From positions 1-34,278 of the IMG/VR virus record IMGVR_UViG_3300024262_000129: a DNA stretch of 34,278 nucleotides. One strand, given 5' to 3'. Each line of letters begins with the position of its first letter. Position 1 is the stretch's first letter. A program made the translations under genes and the position numbers. A model generated the notes under the pieces. The model was not told the DNA's origin, did no database searches, and saw only the letters and a program-made list of their open reading frames with translations. Shown one piece after another: positions 17,954 through 25,987 of this stretch. Source of the stretch: a virus. Lineage: Duplodnaviria; Caudoviricetes.

Positions 17954-18892
17954 ATGAGTGAAATACAACAACAAATACCTATGACTCTGATAGATAAGCC
18001 ACAGTTAGCACTGCGGTCTGTGAAGCGTTCTGCGCCGGAGTATGCCGAGCTTTGCGAGTCCGTGCGGAAAGATGGCATCCTCCAACCCATCCTCGTGCGG
18101 ACTCGTGACGGTGGACGCTACGAGATCGTAGAGGGATGGCACAGATATGAGGCAGCGAAAGAAGCTGGTCACGAAAGCATTCCTTGCCTGATACGTGATC
18201 TATCTGACATGGATGTGATGTTAATACAAGTGAAATGCAATGCTATCCGGCCCACCACATTCTCGTTCGAGTACGCCAGACGCCTAAAATTATTGATGGA
18301 AAAAGGCTTGACACTGAGCGAGTTGTCAACTATGATAGACAAGAGTCCGCAATGGATCAAAGATCAAATACAACTAAACCGCGTATGCGAAGAGGCTCGA
18401 CCAGCCATAGAAGATGGTAGGATCAAGCTGAAAGCTGCGTTGGCGTTGGCCAATCTACCGAGTGAGATCCAGACACAATTCGTGGATGACGCTCTGGCTT
18501 TGCCAGTAGGTGAATTCACTGAGAGAGCACAGACTGCTAAACGCGATTTTCAAACCTACTTGTTAAAGCAGCAAGCAGACGATAGAGATTCGGGAGCAGC
18601 GAGACCAACAATCCGAGCATTGAATGTTCTGAAGCGTGAGTCACTTGACCCCAAAGCAGCCAAGGAAGTATTGAACAGTGTAAAGGCAAAGACGCCTCTT
18701 GACGGGTGGATCGCATGTCTGTCATGGATGTTCCGATTAGATCCTATAACAGTTGAACAACGAAAGAACAAACGGGAGATTGAACTACATGAAAAGTTAG
18801 CAACAAACGAAGAGTACCGACAACTTAATAGAGAGATGATTAAAGAGTTTGTGAAATCTAAAACTAAAACTGAAACTGGAGATTCGAAATGA
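17954..18892 (+). CDS. ParB/Spo0J-like protein (ParB N-terminal domain plus HTH)
   Basis: LCESVRKDGILQPILVR, YEIVEGWHRYEAA (GxxRxxA), HTH GLTLSELSTMIDKSPQWI. Start set at ATG 17954. Confidence 0.9.
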   Translation: MSEIQQQIPMTLIDKPQLALRSVKRSAPEYAELCESVRKDGILQPILVRTRDGGRYEIVEGWHRYEAAKEAGHESIPCLIRDLSDMDVMLIQVKCNAIRPTTFSFEYARRLKLLMEKGLTLSELSTMIDKSPQWIKDQIQLNRVCEEARPAIEDGRIKLKAALALANLPSEIQTQFVDDALALPVGEFTERAQTAKRDFQTYLLKQQADDRDSGAARPTIRALNVLKRESLDPKAAKEVLNSVKAKTPLDGWIACLSWMFRLDPITVEQRKNKREIELHEKLATNEEYRQLNREMIKEFVKSKTKTETGDSK

Positions 18893-19575
18893 GTGGTAAA
18901 GAACTGACGCCGTTTTCAAAGAAGATGGGTTTGCCCGCTGTCAACGTGGAGTCCTTGGAATCCTTGGACGAAGTCGCGAAGGGCTCGGACTTCCTGCCTC
19001 GTATCCAGCTTATCACCAAAGGTAAGTATGTGGACACAGGCAAGATCAAGCCCGGTCATTGGGGCGTCCCTCTTCCCGGAGGCGACGAGATCGAAGACCT
19101 CGGTGAGAAGATCGACGTTGTGCCGTTGGATTACCGTCCGAAGGCTTTGGACGTCAATGACAAAGACGCCATTGTCGCGGTGTATGACACCTCTGATCCT
19201 GAGTTCCAACGGATCAAGCAAGCTCCGAAGAACTCGGGCTGTATGTGGGGTCCGTCATTCCTGGTGCTCGAACGCAGCACAGGCAAGTTGTACGAGTTGT
19301 TCTTCGGCAACAAGTCTGGTCGTAACGAGGCTGGCAAGCTGAAGCCCTTCTTGCTGTCCCGCGCCCCTGTAAGCCTGGGAATCCGTTACAAGAAGATGCC
19401 TGAGTATGGATGGCATGTTCCGGTAGTCACCAAGTGCTCGGAGCCCTTCGATCTTGACGCCATTAAGGTAACGGAAGAGCAGGTCGCCAAAGAGCTTGAG
19501 GTGTTCCAGAATCCTGAAAAGGGTGCTGAGAAAGTCGAAGAGAAAGAAGCCGAGACGCAAGGCCGCGCACGCTAA
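18889..19575 (+). CDS. Putative single-stranded DNA-binding protein
   Basis: DFLPRIQL...KPG...DVVPL pattern seen in phage SSB-like proteins. Charged C-terminal tail, strong RBS, followed by a terminator. Confidence 0.45.
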   Translation: MSGKELTPFSKKMGLPAVNVESLESLDEVAKGSDFLPRIQLITKGKYVDTGKIKPGHWGVPLPGGDEIEDLGEKIDVVPLDYRPKALDVNDKDAIVAVYDTSDPEFQRIKQAPKNSGCMWGPSFLVLERSTGKLYELFFGNKSGRNEAGKLKPFLLSRAPVSLGIRYKKMPEYGWHVPVVTKCSEPFDLDAIKVTEEQVAKELEVFQNPEKGAEKVEEKEAETQGRAR

Positions 19576-19596
19576 TAGCCTCCCCCGCCTTGCTTC

Positions 19597-19632
19597 ATGA
19601 ACCCAGCGGGCAAAACCGCTGGGTTCATTTTC
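19597..19632 (+). terminator. Rho-independent terminator
   Basis: ATGAACCCAGCGG-GCAAAA-CCGCTGGGTTCAT then TTTC; 13-bp perfect stem. Confidence 0.8.
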
Positions 19633-19658
19633 ACAACTTTAATTTATAAGAGATAACA

Positions 19659-19778
19659 ATGGATGACTTCATAATCTGCCCGGAATGCGGAAGAGAATTT
19701 ATGGTAGTCTGGACCAACGATGGTCTTGGGCCACCTGAGTATTGTCCGATGTGTGGAGCGTATATAGACAATGAATAG
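19659..19778 (+). CDS. 39-aa zinc-ribbon protein (absent from ORF track)
   Basis: MDDFIICPECGREFMVVWTNDGLGPPEYCPMCGAYIDNE, with two CPxCG knuckles. Confidence 0.7.
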   Translation: MDDFIICPECGREFMVVWTNDGLGPPEYCPMCGAYIDNE

Positions 19779-20064
19779 AGATCCTCAAAAAACATTAGAT
19801 TGGTGTGTTGAACATGAAGTTACTTTCAAGCTTACGAAAACGGCTGACCAATTGGTTGTTACCGCGAGGTGTGACAATATCGCCGCAGAATACTTTGTCG
19901 ATCAACCATACACCGAATACACAATTGGAAGAGCTATCCAGGCGGCTTTATTCGCAGTTAAGGAAGGATCAGAATTCCACTCCAAATTCGGACACTTCCC
20001 GCCCACAATCCCGTCAAGAAGAGATGGACCAACTGGAGATGGCACTGACAAGGCAGGAGATTGA
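19771..20064 (+). CDS. Hypothetical protein
   Basis: 97 aa, overlaps the previous stop and fits the operon tiling. Confidence 0.55.
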   Translation: MNRDPQKTLDWCVEHEVTFKLTKTADQLVVTARCDNIAAEYFVDQPYTEYTIGRAIQAALFAVKEGSEFHSKFGHFPPTIPSRRDGPTGDGTDKAGD

Positions 20065-20269
20065 GACTGCCAAAGCTGAAACAATGTTGAAGCAAAGTCT
20101 CAGTATGCCTCATCGGACCTACCCACCCGCAATGACACATGATGGAATGTGCTGGGTAGCGACGGCCAAGTTCATTGATGACTCGATGCTAGTGGGTCGT
20201 GGGTTGAGCCCAGCAGAAGCGTTGATGGATTACGACTTGCAATGGCTAGGTGTGAAAGGAAAAGAATGA
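20024..20269 (+). CDS. Hypothetical protein
   Basis: MDQLEMALTRQE...VGRGLSPAEALMDYD. ATGA-coupled to the next gene; start uncertain. Confidence 0.55.
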   Translation: MDQLEMALTRQEIETAKAETMLKQSLSMPHRTYPPAMTHDGMCWVATAKFIDDSMLVGRGLSPAEALMDYDLQWLGVKGKE

Positions 20270-20781
20270 GTGGAGTCGCTTTAATACAGTTTTCCAATTT
20301 AGACCTCAAGAAATATCTTGTTCTGGGTCGTCAGGGATTTGATCGCAACTTAGCCGAAGCTGCTGACAGTGCCGGTCACGAACCACCTCTGCATCACATG
20401 CTGTGCGTGGCAGGGATGAAGAATCCCGACGCTAAGTCTGTCGATGACCTTGTGGCATACTTGGATTTATTCCACGCTGGCTTCATGATCGTGGCCGACG
20501 AACGCGACTGGACTGAGATTTTAGAGTTGGCCTCCATGCCTTGCATTCTTTCTCAATCGGTACAGCGTGGGCTAGACGTGGGAATCATGACAGGCACATT
20601 AACTCAGTGGAGAACTGCCCTGCTGCGGGGATGCCAAAAGGAAGCCAGCGGGGCGGCCAGAGGAACTTTCAACGCCATCTACAATGAGTTTCGTAAGGTA
20701 GGGATATCTGGAGCATTTGAATTTCGAACAAAGCAAAACACACGTGATACAACATTCTTGCTAGAACACCGACCGAACTAA
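20266..20781 (+). CDS. Hypothetical protein, possibly degenerate ThyX-like fold
   Basis: IMTGTLTQWRTALLRGC...AR...AIYNEF resembles the ThyX C-terminal TxNxRxWxxFxxLR...EIR region. No RHR signature. Confidence 0.4.
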   Translation: MSGVALIQFSNLDLKKYLVLGRQGFDRNLAEAADSAGHEPPLHHMLCVAGMKNPDAKSVDDLVAYLDLFHAGFMIVADERDWTEILELASMPCILSQSVQRGLDVGIMTGTLTQWRTALLRGCQKEASGAARGTFNAIYNEFRKVGISGAFEFRTKQNTRDTTFLLEHRPN

Positions 20782-20797
20782 CTTCATAAGGTTACAC

Positions 20798-22675
20798 ATG
20801 TCTGAAAATATAAAGCTGATAACTAGAACGAAGAAAGGAACCCTGCTGAAGGTTCCAGCCACAATCGAGCGTGAAGGTGGTCGAATCTACTTTGTAAAAT
20901 CCCCTTTCGAATTGAAAGATGAAATCAAGTCGATGCAAGGGTCGCGATGGCATGGGTTCATACCAGAAGATCATCGCAAGATTTGGTCGGTAGCAGACTG
21001 CACTAGAAACAATTTCCAACTTAGTTATATGCAAGGTGGGAACCCTTACGAAAATTGGGATCAACCGCTAAAGAACTTCGGCTACACTCGTAGCTTGTTC
21101 ACGCACCAGAAGCTAATGACCGATCACTGCCTGACGTATCACTACGCGATACTGGCAGCCGAGATGGGCACAGGTAAAACACTGTCCGCTATCGAACTGA
21201 TGGAGAAGTCTGGAGTGATGGACTGGTGGTGGGTGGCTCCGAAGTCTGGCCTTGCTGCGGTAGAGCGTGAGTTCGTCAAGTGGGATCTGAAAGTGCAACC
21301 CAGGCTGATGACTTACGATCGACTCCGTATTGAGATCGAGCGATGGGAACCAGGACAGCCAGCGCCACAAGGTGTGATTTTCGACGAGTCCTCACGCCTC
21401 AAGACAGCGAATGCGAAACGCACAAAAGCCGCTCAGCATTTAGCTGACTCTATCCGAGACGAGTGGGGTTGGGATGGGTACGTTGTCTTGATGTCTGGAA
21501 CACCATCGCCCAAGTCGCCTGTTGACTGGTGGCCTCAATGTGAGATAGCCTATCCTGGCTTCGTGAAAGAGGGAAGCGATAAAGCTTTCGAGTGGAGATT
21601 TGGTATCTTCCAGAAGCAGATGTCCGACGCTGGAGAGTTCTGGAAGCGCAAGACATGGCGAGATGACGAAGCCAAATGTGATGTGTGTGGTGAGTTGGCA
21701 GACCACCCCGATCACCTTGCGGACGATGGCGACAACGAGTTGTTTGGCGGCGACGAGACACACGCTTTTGTGCCAAGCAAAGATGAGGTCAGCTACCTGT
21801 ACGAGCGGCTCAAGGGATTGGTCGTCACACTTAAGAAGAAAGACTGTTTGGACATCCCCGATAAGATTTATCGTGAGATTGTGCTCGAACCCACTTCGAC
21901 TCTTAAACGTGTAGCAAAGGCTCTGGCCAAGTCTGCTGAGACAGCGATCCAAGGTCTCACATGGTTGCGTGAACTGTCGGACGGCTTCCAATATAAAGAG
22001 AAGCAAGAAGGTACAAAGCAATGCCCGGTCTGCAAAGGCGAGGGCACGTGCGAACAGTGGAAACTGAACGAACAGTTAGACGAGTCATTTAAGATCACCG
22101 AAGGATGTCTTACCTGCGACGGCACCGGTAAGGTTCCCAACATGGTGCGTGACACCAAAGAGATCAAGACGCCGAAGGACCAAGCTGTCCGTGACCTGCT
22201 GGAAGAGAACGAAGACTCAGGTCGCATCGTGATCTTCGCTGGCTTCCAAGGGTCAATCGATCGCATACTGAGAATTTGTCATCGTGAGCATTGGGACGTG
22301 GTGCAGGTGGATGGTCGTGGGTGGAAAGTCAAGAAACATGACGGCGAGAAGACCCCGCCGAAGACCAAGCCATTGGACTACTGGGCTGACAGGAGCAACG
22401 AACGTGTAGCGTTCGTGGCTCACCCAGCATCGGGAGGCATGGGCCTGACCCTGACCGAGGCAAGTATGGCTGTGTTCTACAGCAACGACTTCATGCCTGA
22501 GTCGCGGTCGCAAGCTGAAGATCGTATTCACCGTCCTGGTATGGACGAGAACAGAGGGGCTACTATTGTTGATCTGTTCCATCTCGGAACAGATCGCCGT
22601 GTACTTAATGTATTGAAAGACAACCGTCGTCTAGAATCTATGACCTTGGGAGAGCTACGGGAGAGTATGGAATGA
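20798..22675 (+). CDS. SNF2-like SF2 helicase/translocase with zinc-finger insertions
   Basis: EMGTGKT, FDESS, MSGTP, GGMGLTLTEA, QAEDRIHRPG. Confidence 0.92.
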   Translation: MSENIKLITRTKKGTLLKVPATIEREGGRIYFVKSPFELKDEIKSMQGSRWHGFIPEDHRKIWSVADCTRNNFQLSYMQGGNPYENWDQPLKNFGYTRSLFTHQKLMTDHCLTYHYAILAAEMGTGKTLSAIELMEKSGVMDWWWVAPKSGLAAVEREFVKWDLKVQPRLMTYDRLRIEIERWEPGQPAPQGVIFDESSRLKTANAKRTKAAQHLADSIRDEWGWDGYVVLMSGTPSPKSPVDWWPQCEIAYPGFVKEGSDKAFEWRFGIFQKQMSDAGEFWKRKTWRDDEAKCDVCGELADHPDHLADDGDNELFGGDETHAFVPSKDEVSYLYERLKGLVVTLKKKDCLDIPDKIYREIVLEPTSTLKRVAKALAKSAETAIQGLTWLRELSDGFQYKEKQEGTKQCPVCKGEGTCEQWKLNEQLDESFKITEGCLTCDGTGKVPNMVRDTKEIKTPKDQAVRDLLEENEDSGRIVIFAGFQGSIDRILRICHREHWDVVQVDGRGWKVKKHDGEKTPPKTKPLDYWADRSNERVAFVAHPASGGMGLTLTEASMAVFYSNDFMPESRSQAEDRIHRPGMDENRGATIVDLFHLGTDRRVLNVLKDNRRLESMTLGELRESME

Positions 22676-22774
22676 TTTGGCATCCTGTGGTGGGTTATGA
22701 AGGCTACTATGAGGTGAGCGACACTGGACTTGTCAAGTCAATGGCTAGATAGTTGGAAATACACAAAGGTATAA
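22672..22774 (+). pseudogene. Remnant of NUMOD4-HNH homing endonuclease
   Basis: MIWHPVVGYEGYYEVSDTGLVKSMAR* (22672-22752) is a NUMOD4 start, followed out of frame by SWKYTKV*. Confidence 0.7.
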
Positions 22775-22801
22775 ATATGAAATCCTTGATCGGAGAGACC
22801 C

Positions 22802-22966
22802 ATGTTAATTAGTGAATTGGTTGATACTTTGTCGTACTGCCTCGACGACGTTGAAGTGGTGGTAGAGGTCAACGGTGTGCAACACACCATCACTGCTGCT
22901 GATGAGACCAGTCAAGCGTTGATACTGGTTGTTGACACGGACCAAGAAGAGCGGGAGATGCGATGA
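22802..22966 (+). CDS. 54-aa hypothetical protein (absent from ORF track)
   Basis: GGAGA RBS. MLISELVDTLSYCLDDVEVVVEVNG...; ATGA overlap with the methyltransferase. Confidence 0.65.
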   Translation: MLISELVDTLSYCLDDVEVVVEVNGVQHTITAADETSQALILVVDTDQEEREMR

Positions 22967-24135
22967 GCCATTTGAACTGTTGTCCAGCTTGTCAGTCTGC
23001 CAATTTGAAGACTATGCTATACTTGGGAAGACAACCTAAATCATTGATATCGTTGCAGACCGACCCTATAGAGTCGGCGGCATCTGAAAGGCACTCGATA
23101 ACACTGTCAATATGTCACAACTGTGCTCATGTGCATAACATCGACTTCGACCCTAGTGCTGTCTCCTACTCTGACGCCGGGTGTCGCATGTACAATGCTG
23201 GCGAAGGCTGGCAGGATCACATGGCAGAGGTCAAAGAACTTTGTGAGGCGTTACCAGACATGGACTTGATCGTAGAGATTGGGGCCGGAGATTGCGAATT
23301 CCTCGCATCCTTAAAGTCCGACGCTATTAAGCTGGCTGTTGATCCTTGTGACGCCGTAGTGAGAGCCGAGGAACTGGGGCTACACTATCGACAGGAATAC
23401 TTCCGGGCCGATAGACACATGCCTGATGGCACAAAAGGTAACACCCTTGTAATCATGCGCCACCTGTTGGAGCACATGGAACACCCGCGAGATTTCATTG
23501 AAAAGATCGTGGCTCGTGCTGAACAACTGAAGCATGACACATATCTGTATATTGAGACACCATGCTGTCAAGAAGCGTTGAAGCGAACACGCATCGAAGA
23601 CTGGACCTACGAGCATCCACAGCACTTTACCGTCAGGAGCATGATGAAGATGCTTCGCGCGTGCGGTATCGAGTGGTCTTCTGTCTGCACTGGTTACGAA
23701 GGCGAAGTCCTTAAGAGTATCGCCAAGATCGAGCCGAGAACCAAGCGTGGCCTGTCGGTAGACGATGTCCTAAGAAACTACAAGGAGGCAACTGACTCAA
23801 TAGTTAATGCGTCTTTGTGGATAAATGAGAACATTCAAAACATAGCTTTGTGGGGTGGTGCTGGCAAATCCGCCGTATTCATTCACAAGTTCGGCCTTCC
23901 TGGCTTCGCAACTGTGGTTGACAGCCACGACGTCAAGTGGGGTTACTGCGTCCCCGGAACGGGAATCAAAATGGTTCCAACTTCCGTACTGAAAGACAAC
24001 CCTGTAGATTACATCATTGCAACTACTTCATGGAGAGCAAATGATATAGCTCGTGAGATCAAACGCGACAAGATACCCTGCAAAAAACTATTAAAATTCG
24101 AAAATGGAAAACTAACGGAGGTTCCTCTTGGCTAG
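22963..24135 (+). CDS. SAM-dependent NDP-sugar C-methyltransferase-like protein
   Basis: Zn site CPAC...CHNC, SAM motif VEIGAGD, RHLLEH, YEHPQHF, and C-terminal ALWGGAGKS / VVDS..KWG..VPGTGI. This is the three-domain layout of TylC3/TcaB9-type enzymes. Confidence 0.85.
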   Translation: MSHLNCCPACQSANLKTMLYLGRQPKSLISLQTDPIESAASERHSITLSICHNCAHVHNIDFDPSAVSYSDAGCRMYNAGEGWQDHMAEVKELCEALPDMDLIVEIGAGDCEFLASLKSDAIKLAVDPCDAVVRAEELGLHYRQEYFRADRHMPDGTKGNTLVIMRHLLEHMEHPRDFIEKIVARAEQLKHDTYLYIETPCCQEALKRTRIEDWTYEHPQHFTVRSMMKMLRACGIEWSSVCTGYEGEVLKSIAKIEPRTKRGLSVDDVLRNYKEATDSIVNASLWINENIQNIALWGGAGKSAVFIHKFGLPGFATVVDSHDVKWGYCVPGTGIKMVPTSVLKDNPVDYIIATTSWRANDIAREIKRDKIPCKKLLKFENGKLTEVPLG

Positions 24136-25987
24136 AACTAAGAAACGACAACAGCAGATGAACAAGATCCACAAAGCACGTAACGCAAAACGACGCGCCC
24201 AGCTTGTTATTCAACCTGACGATTTCCGAACCTGTATCCCAGCGATGAATGTACCGGAGTCGCTGAAACTCATCGCCGACCGTGATCCCAGTTTATGGAT
24301 GTCCTTCTTTGAATATTTTCAGTTTTTCGAGAAGCATCACTACATGCAATATGGTAAGTCGTCGATACAGAAAATAAACGATTTTGTAAGTTTGTTTTTC
24401 ACAGCCTGTCAGAGAGACGACTATTTGCCAGCCAAGCAGTACCTCGCTAACCTGATTCAGTGCGGTCATATTTTGCAGCACTTGGTAGCCGTCTCCTCGT
24501 ATCGTACAACCAACTCGGTGCTAGACGCCTCCCTTATGATCGAAGGCAACGTACCCAAGATAATGACGTTGCAAAATCCACGGTGCGATTTGCAACTAAA
24601 TCAGGAGAAGCTGTTTGACATCGACCCGCAATCGGCCTCCATCTGGTACATGATGTACTTACTGGGTATTTCGGCCACGACAGCAAAGACGTATGCGAAC
24701 ATGCACCGTCACCTGGAACTGATGGATGAGAGATGGATACCTCCTCACAATTCTGTTAGCGGATTGTACTTCGGCTGCACGTACATCAATCCTGGTGCTG
24801 TGCGTCGGGTGAAGTCGATTATGAACAAAGGTATAAAAGCCAAAGGGGTGCCCACGTTCACGAACAATCCTGACCCAAAATCCATTGCGATTGTAACTGA
24901 GCGTTGGCATAGAAACCACGCTGTGTACAAGTCGCAGTCACCTCTACTTGAGCAGCTTAAGGACGATTACAAGCTCACCTTGGTTTGGACCAACCCGCCC
25001 GATCAAGTGCCACCCACGATCGTCAAGGATTACTTCGATGACGTGTGTCACATGTACTTCAAGCCTGACGGCTCAATGGTCATCCCGGATAAAGTCAAGA
25101 ACAATGACTTCGCGATGGTCTACTATCCCGATATCGGAATGTCGGACGAAAGCATTTGGATGTCGAACATGAGGATCGCTCCGATCCAGGCTGTAGGTTA
25201 TGGCCACCCTGACACAACCGGCGACAACAATGAGATCGACTACTTCATCGGCGGGCACGTCGAGAAGGACGCCGGAGCCGCCTACTCCGAAACACAGATC
25301 CTCATTCCTGGTCTGGCTCAAGAGCCTGCATGGCCCTCGGTGGAGCGTCAGAACAACTACATCGACGACGGTATCGTTCGCATCAACTGCGTGTGGGGAC
25401 CGGACAAATACAACCACCCTCTACTGATGATGTTGGCAGAGATCAACAAAGCTGTCTATAAGATCAACCCTGACTCCAAGCATGAATTCAACATGTATGG
25501 TAGCCCTGGTTTGAATCGCTATGCCGCTCTGCCCGTCTTCAACCACGATGTAAAGACACTGTTACCGAACGCCAAGATTCATTCTCAGTGGGAGTATGTT
25601 GACTACATGCGAGAGGCCGAAAAGAGTGACTTCGCTTTGAACTCGTTCCCCTTCGGCTGTTATAATGTGTTGGTAGAGTCCTTGTGGATGGGCCTTCCAT
25701 TCCTGTCGCTGGTTGGTGACAGATTCTATAACAAAGCCGGTGCGTACCTGAACGAGCGAGTTGGGATGGAAGAAAACAACTTCCACGATCCTCAAGGCAT
25801 GATAGCCAAAGCCGCCGAGTTGATTACCAACCCGGAAGCTCTTAAGAAGCAGCGAGAGCATCTTGCCGCCCTCGATCTTAAAGAGCGATTATTCACGCTA
25901 GAGGGTAAACACTTCCTCGGGGCTGTAGACCACATCCTCGCAAATCACCCGATTAACGACACTACGCTGATAGGAGAACAACAATGA
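24128..25987 (+). CDS. HMW1C/NGT-like GT41 protein glycosyltransferase
   Basis: NHAVYK, YYPDIGM, RIAPIQAVGYGHPDTTG, IDYFI, DKYN, DFALNSFPFGCYN..ESLWMGLP. Helical non-TPR N-terminal domain as in HMW1C. TTG start with GGAGG. Confidence 0.85.
   Translation: MARTKKRQQQMNKIHKARNAKRRAQLVIQPDDFRTCIPAMNVPESLKLIADRDPSLWMSFFEYFQFFEKHHYMQYGKSSIQKINDFVSLFFTACQRDDYLPAKQYLANLIQCGHILQHLVAVSSYRTTNSVLDASLMIEGNVPKIMTLQNPRCDLQLNQEKLFDIDPQSASIWYMMYLLGISATTAKTYANMHRHLELMDERWIPPHNSVSGLYFGCTYINPGAVRRVKSIMNKGIKAKGVPTFTNNPDPKSIAIVTERWHRNHAVYKSQSPLLEQLKDDYKLTLVWTNPPDQVPPTIVKDYFDDVCHMYFKPDGSMVIPDKVKNNDFAMVYYPDIGMSDESIWMSNMRIAPIQAVGYGHPDTTGDNNEIDYFIGGHVEKDAGAAYSETQILIPGLAQEPAWPSVERQNNYIDDGIVRINCVWGPDKYNHPLLMMLAEINKAVYKINPDSKHEFNMYGSPGLNRYAALPVFNHDVKTLLPNAKIHSQWEYVDYMREAEKSDFALNSFPFGCYNVLVESLWMGLPFLSLVGDRFYNKAGAYLNERVGMEENNFHDPQGMIAKAAELITNPEALKKQREHLAALDLKERLFTLEGKHFLGAVDHILANHPINDTTLIGEQQ

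Noticed and set aside
19805-20023. Long 5' extension of the 154-aa ORF
   Set aside because: It lies entirely within the 19771-20064 gene; only the 3' part from about 20024 looks coding.
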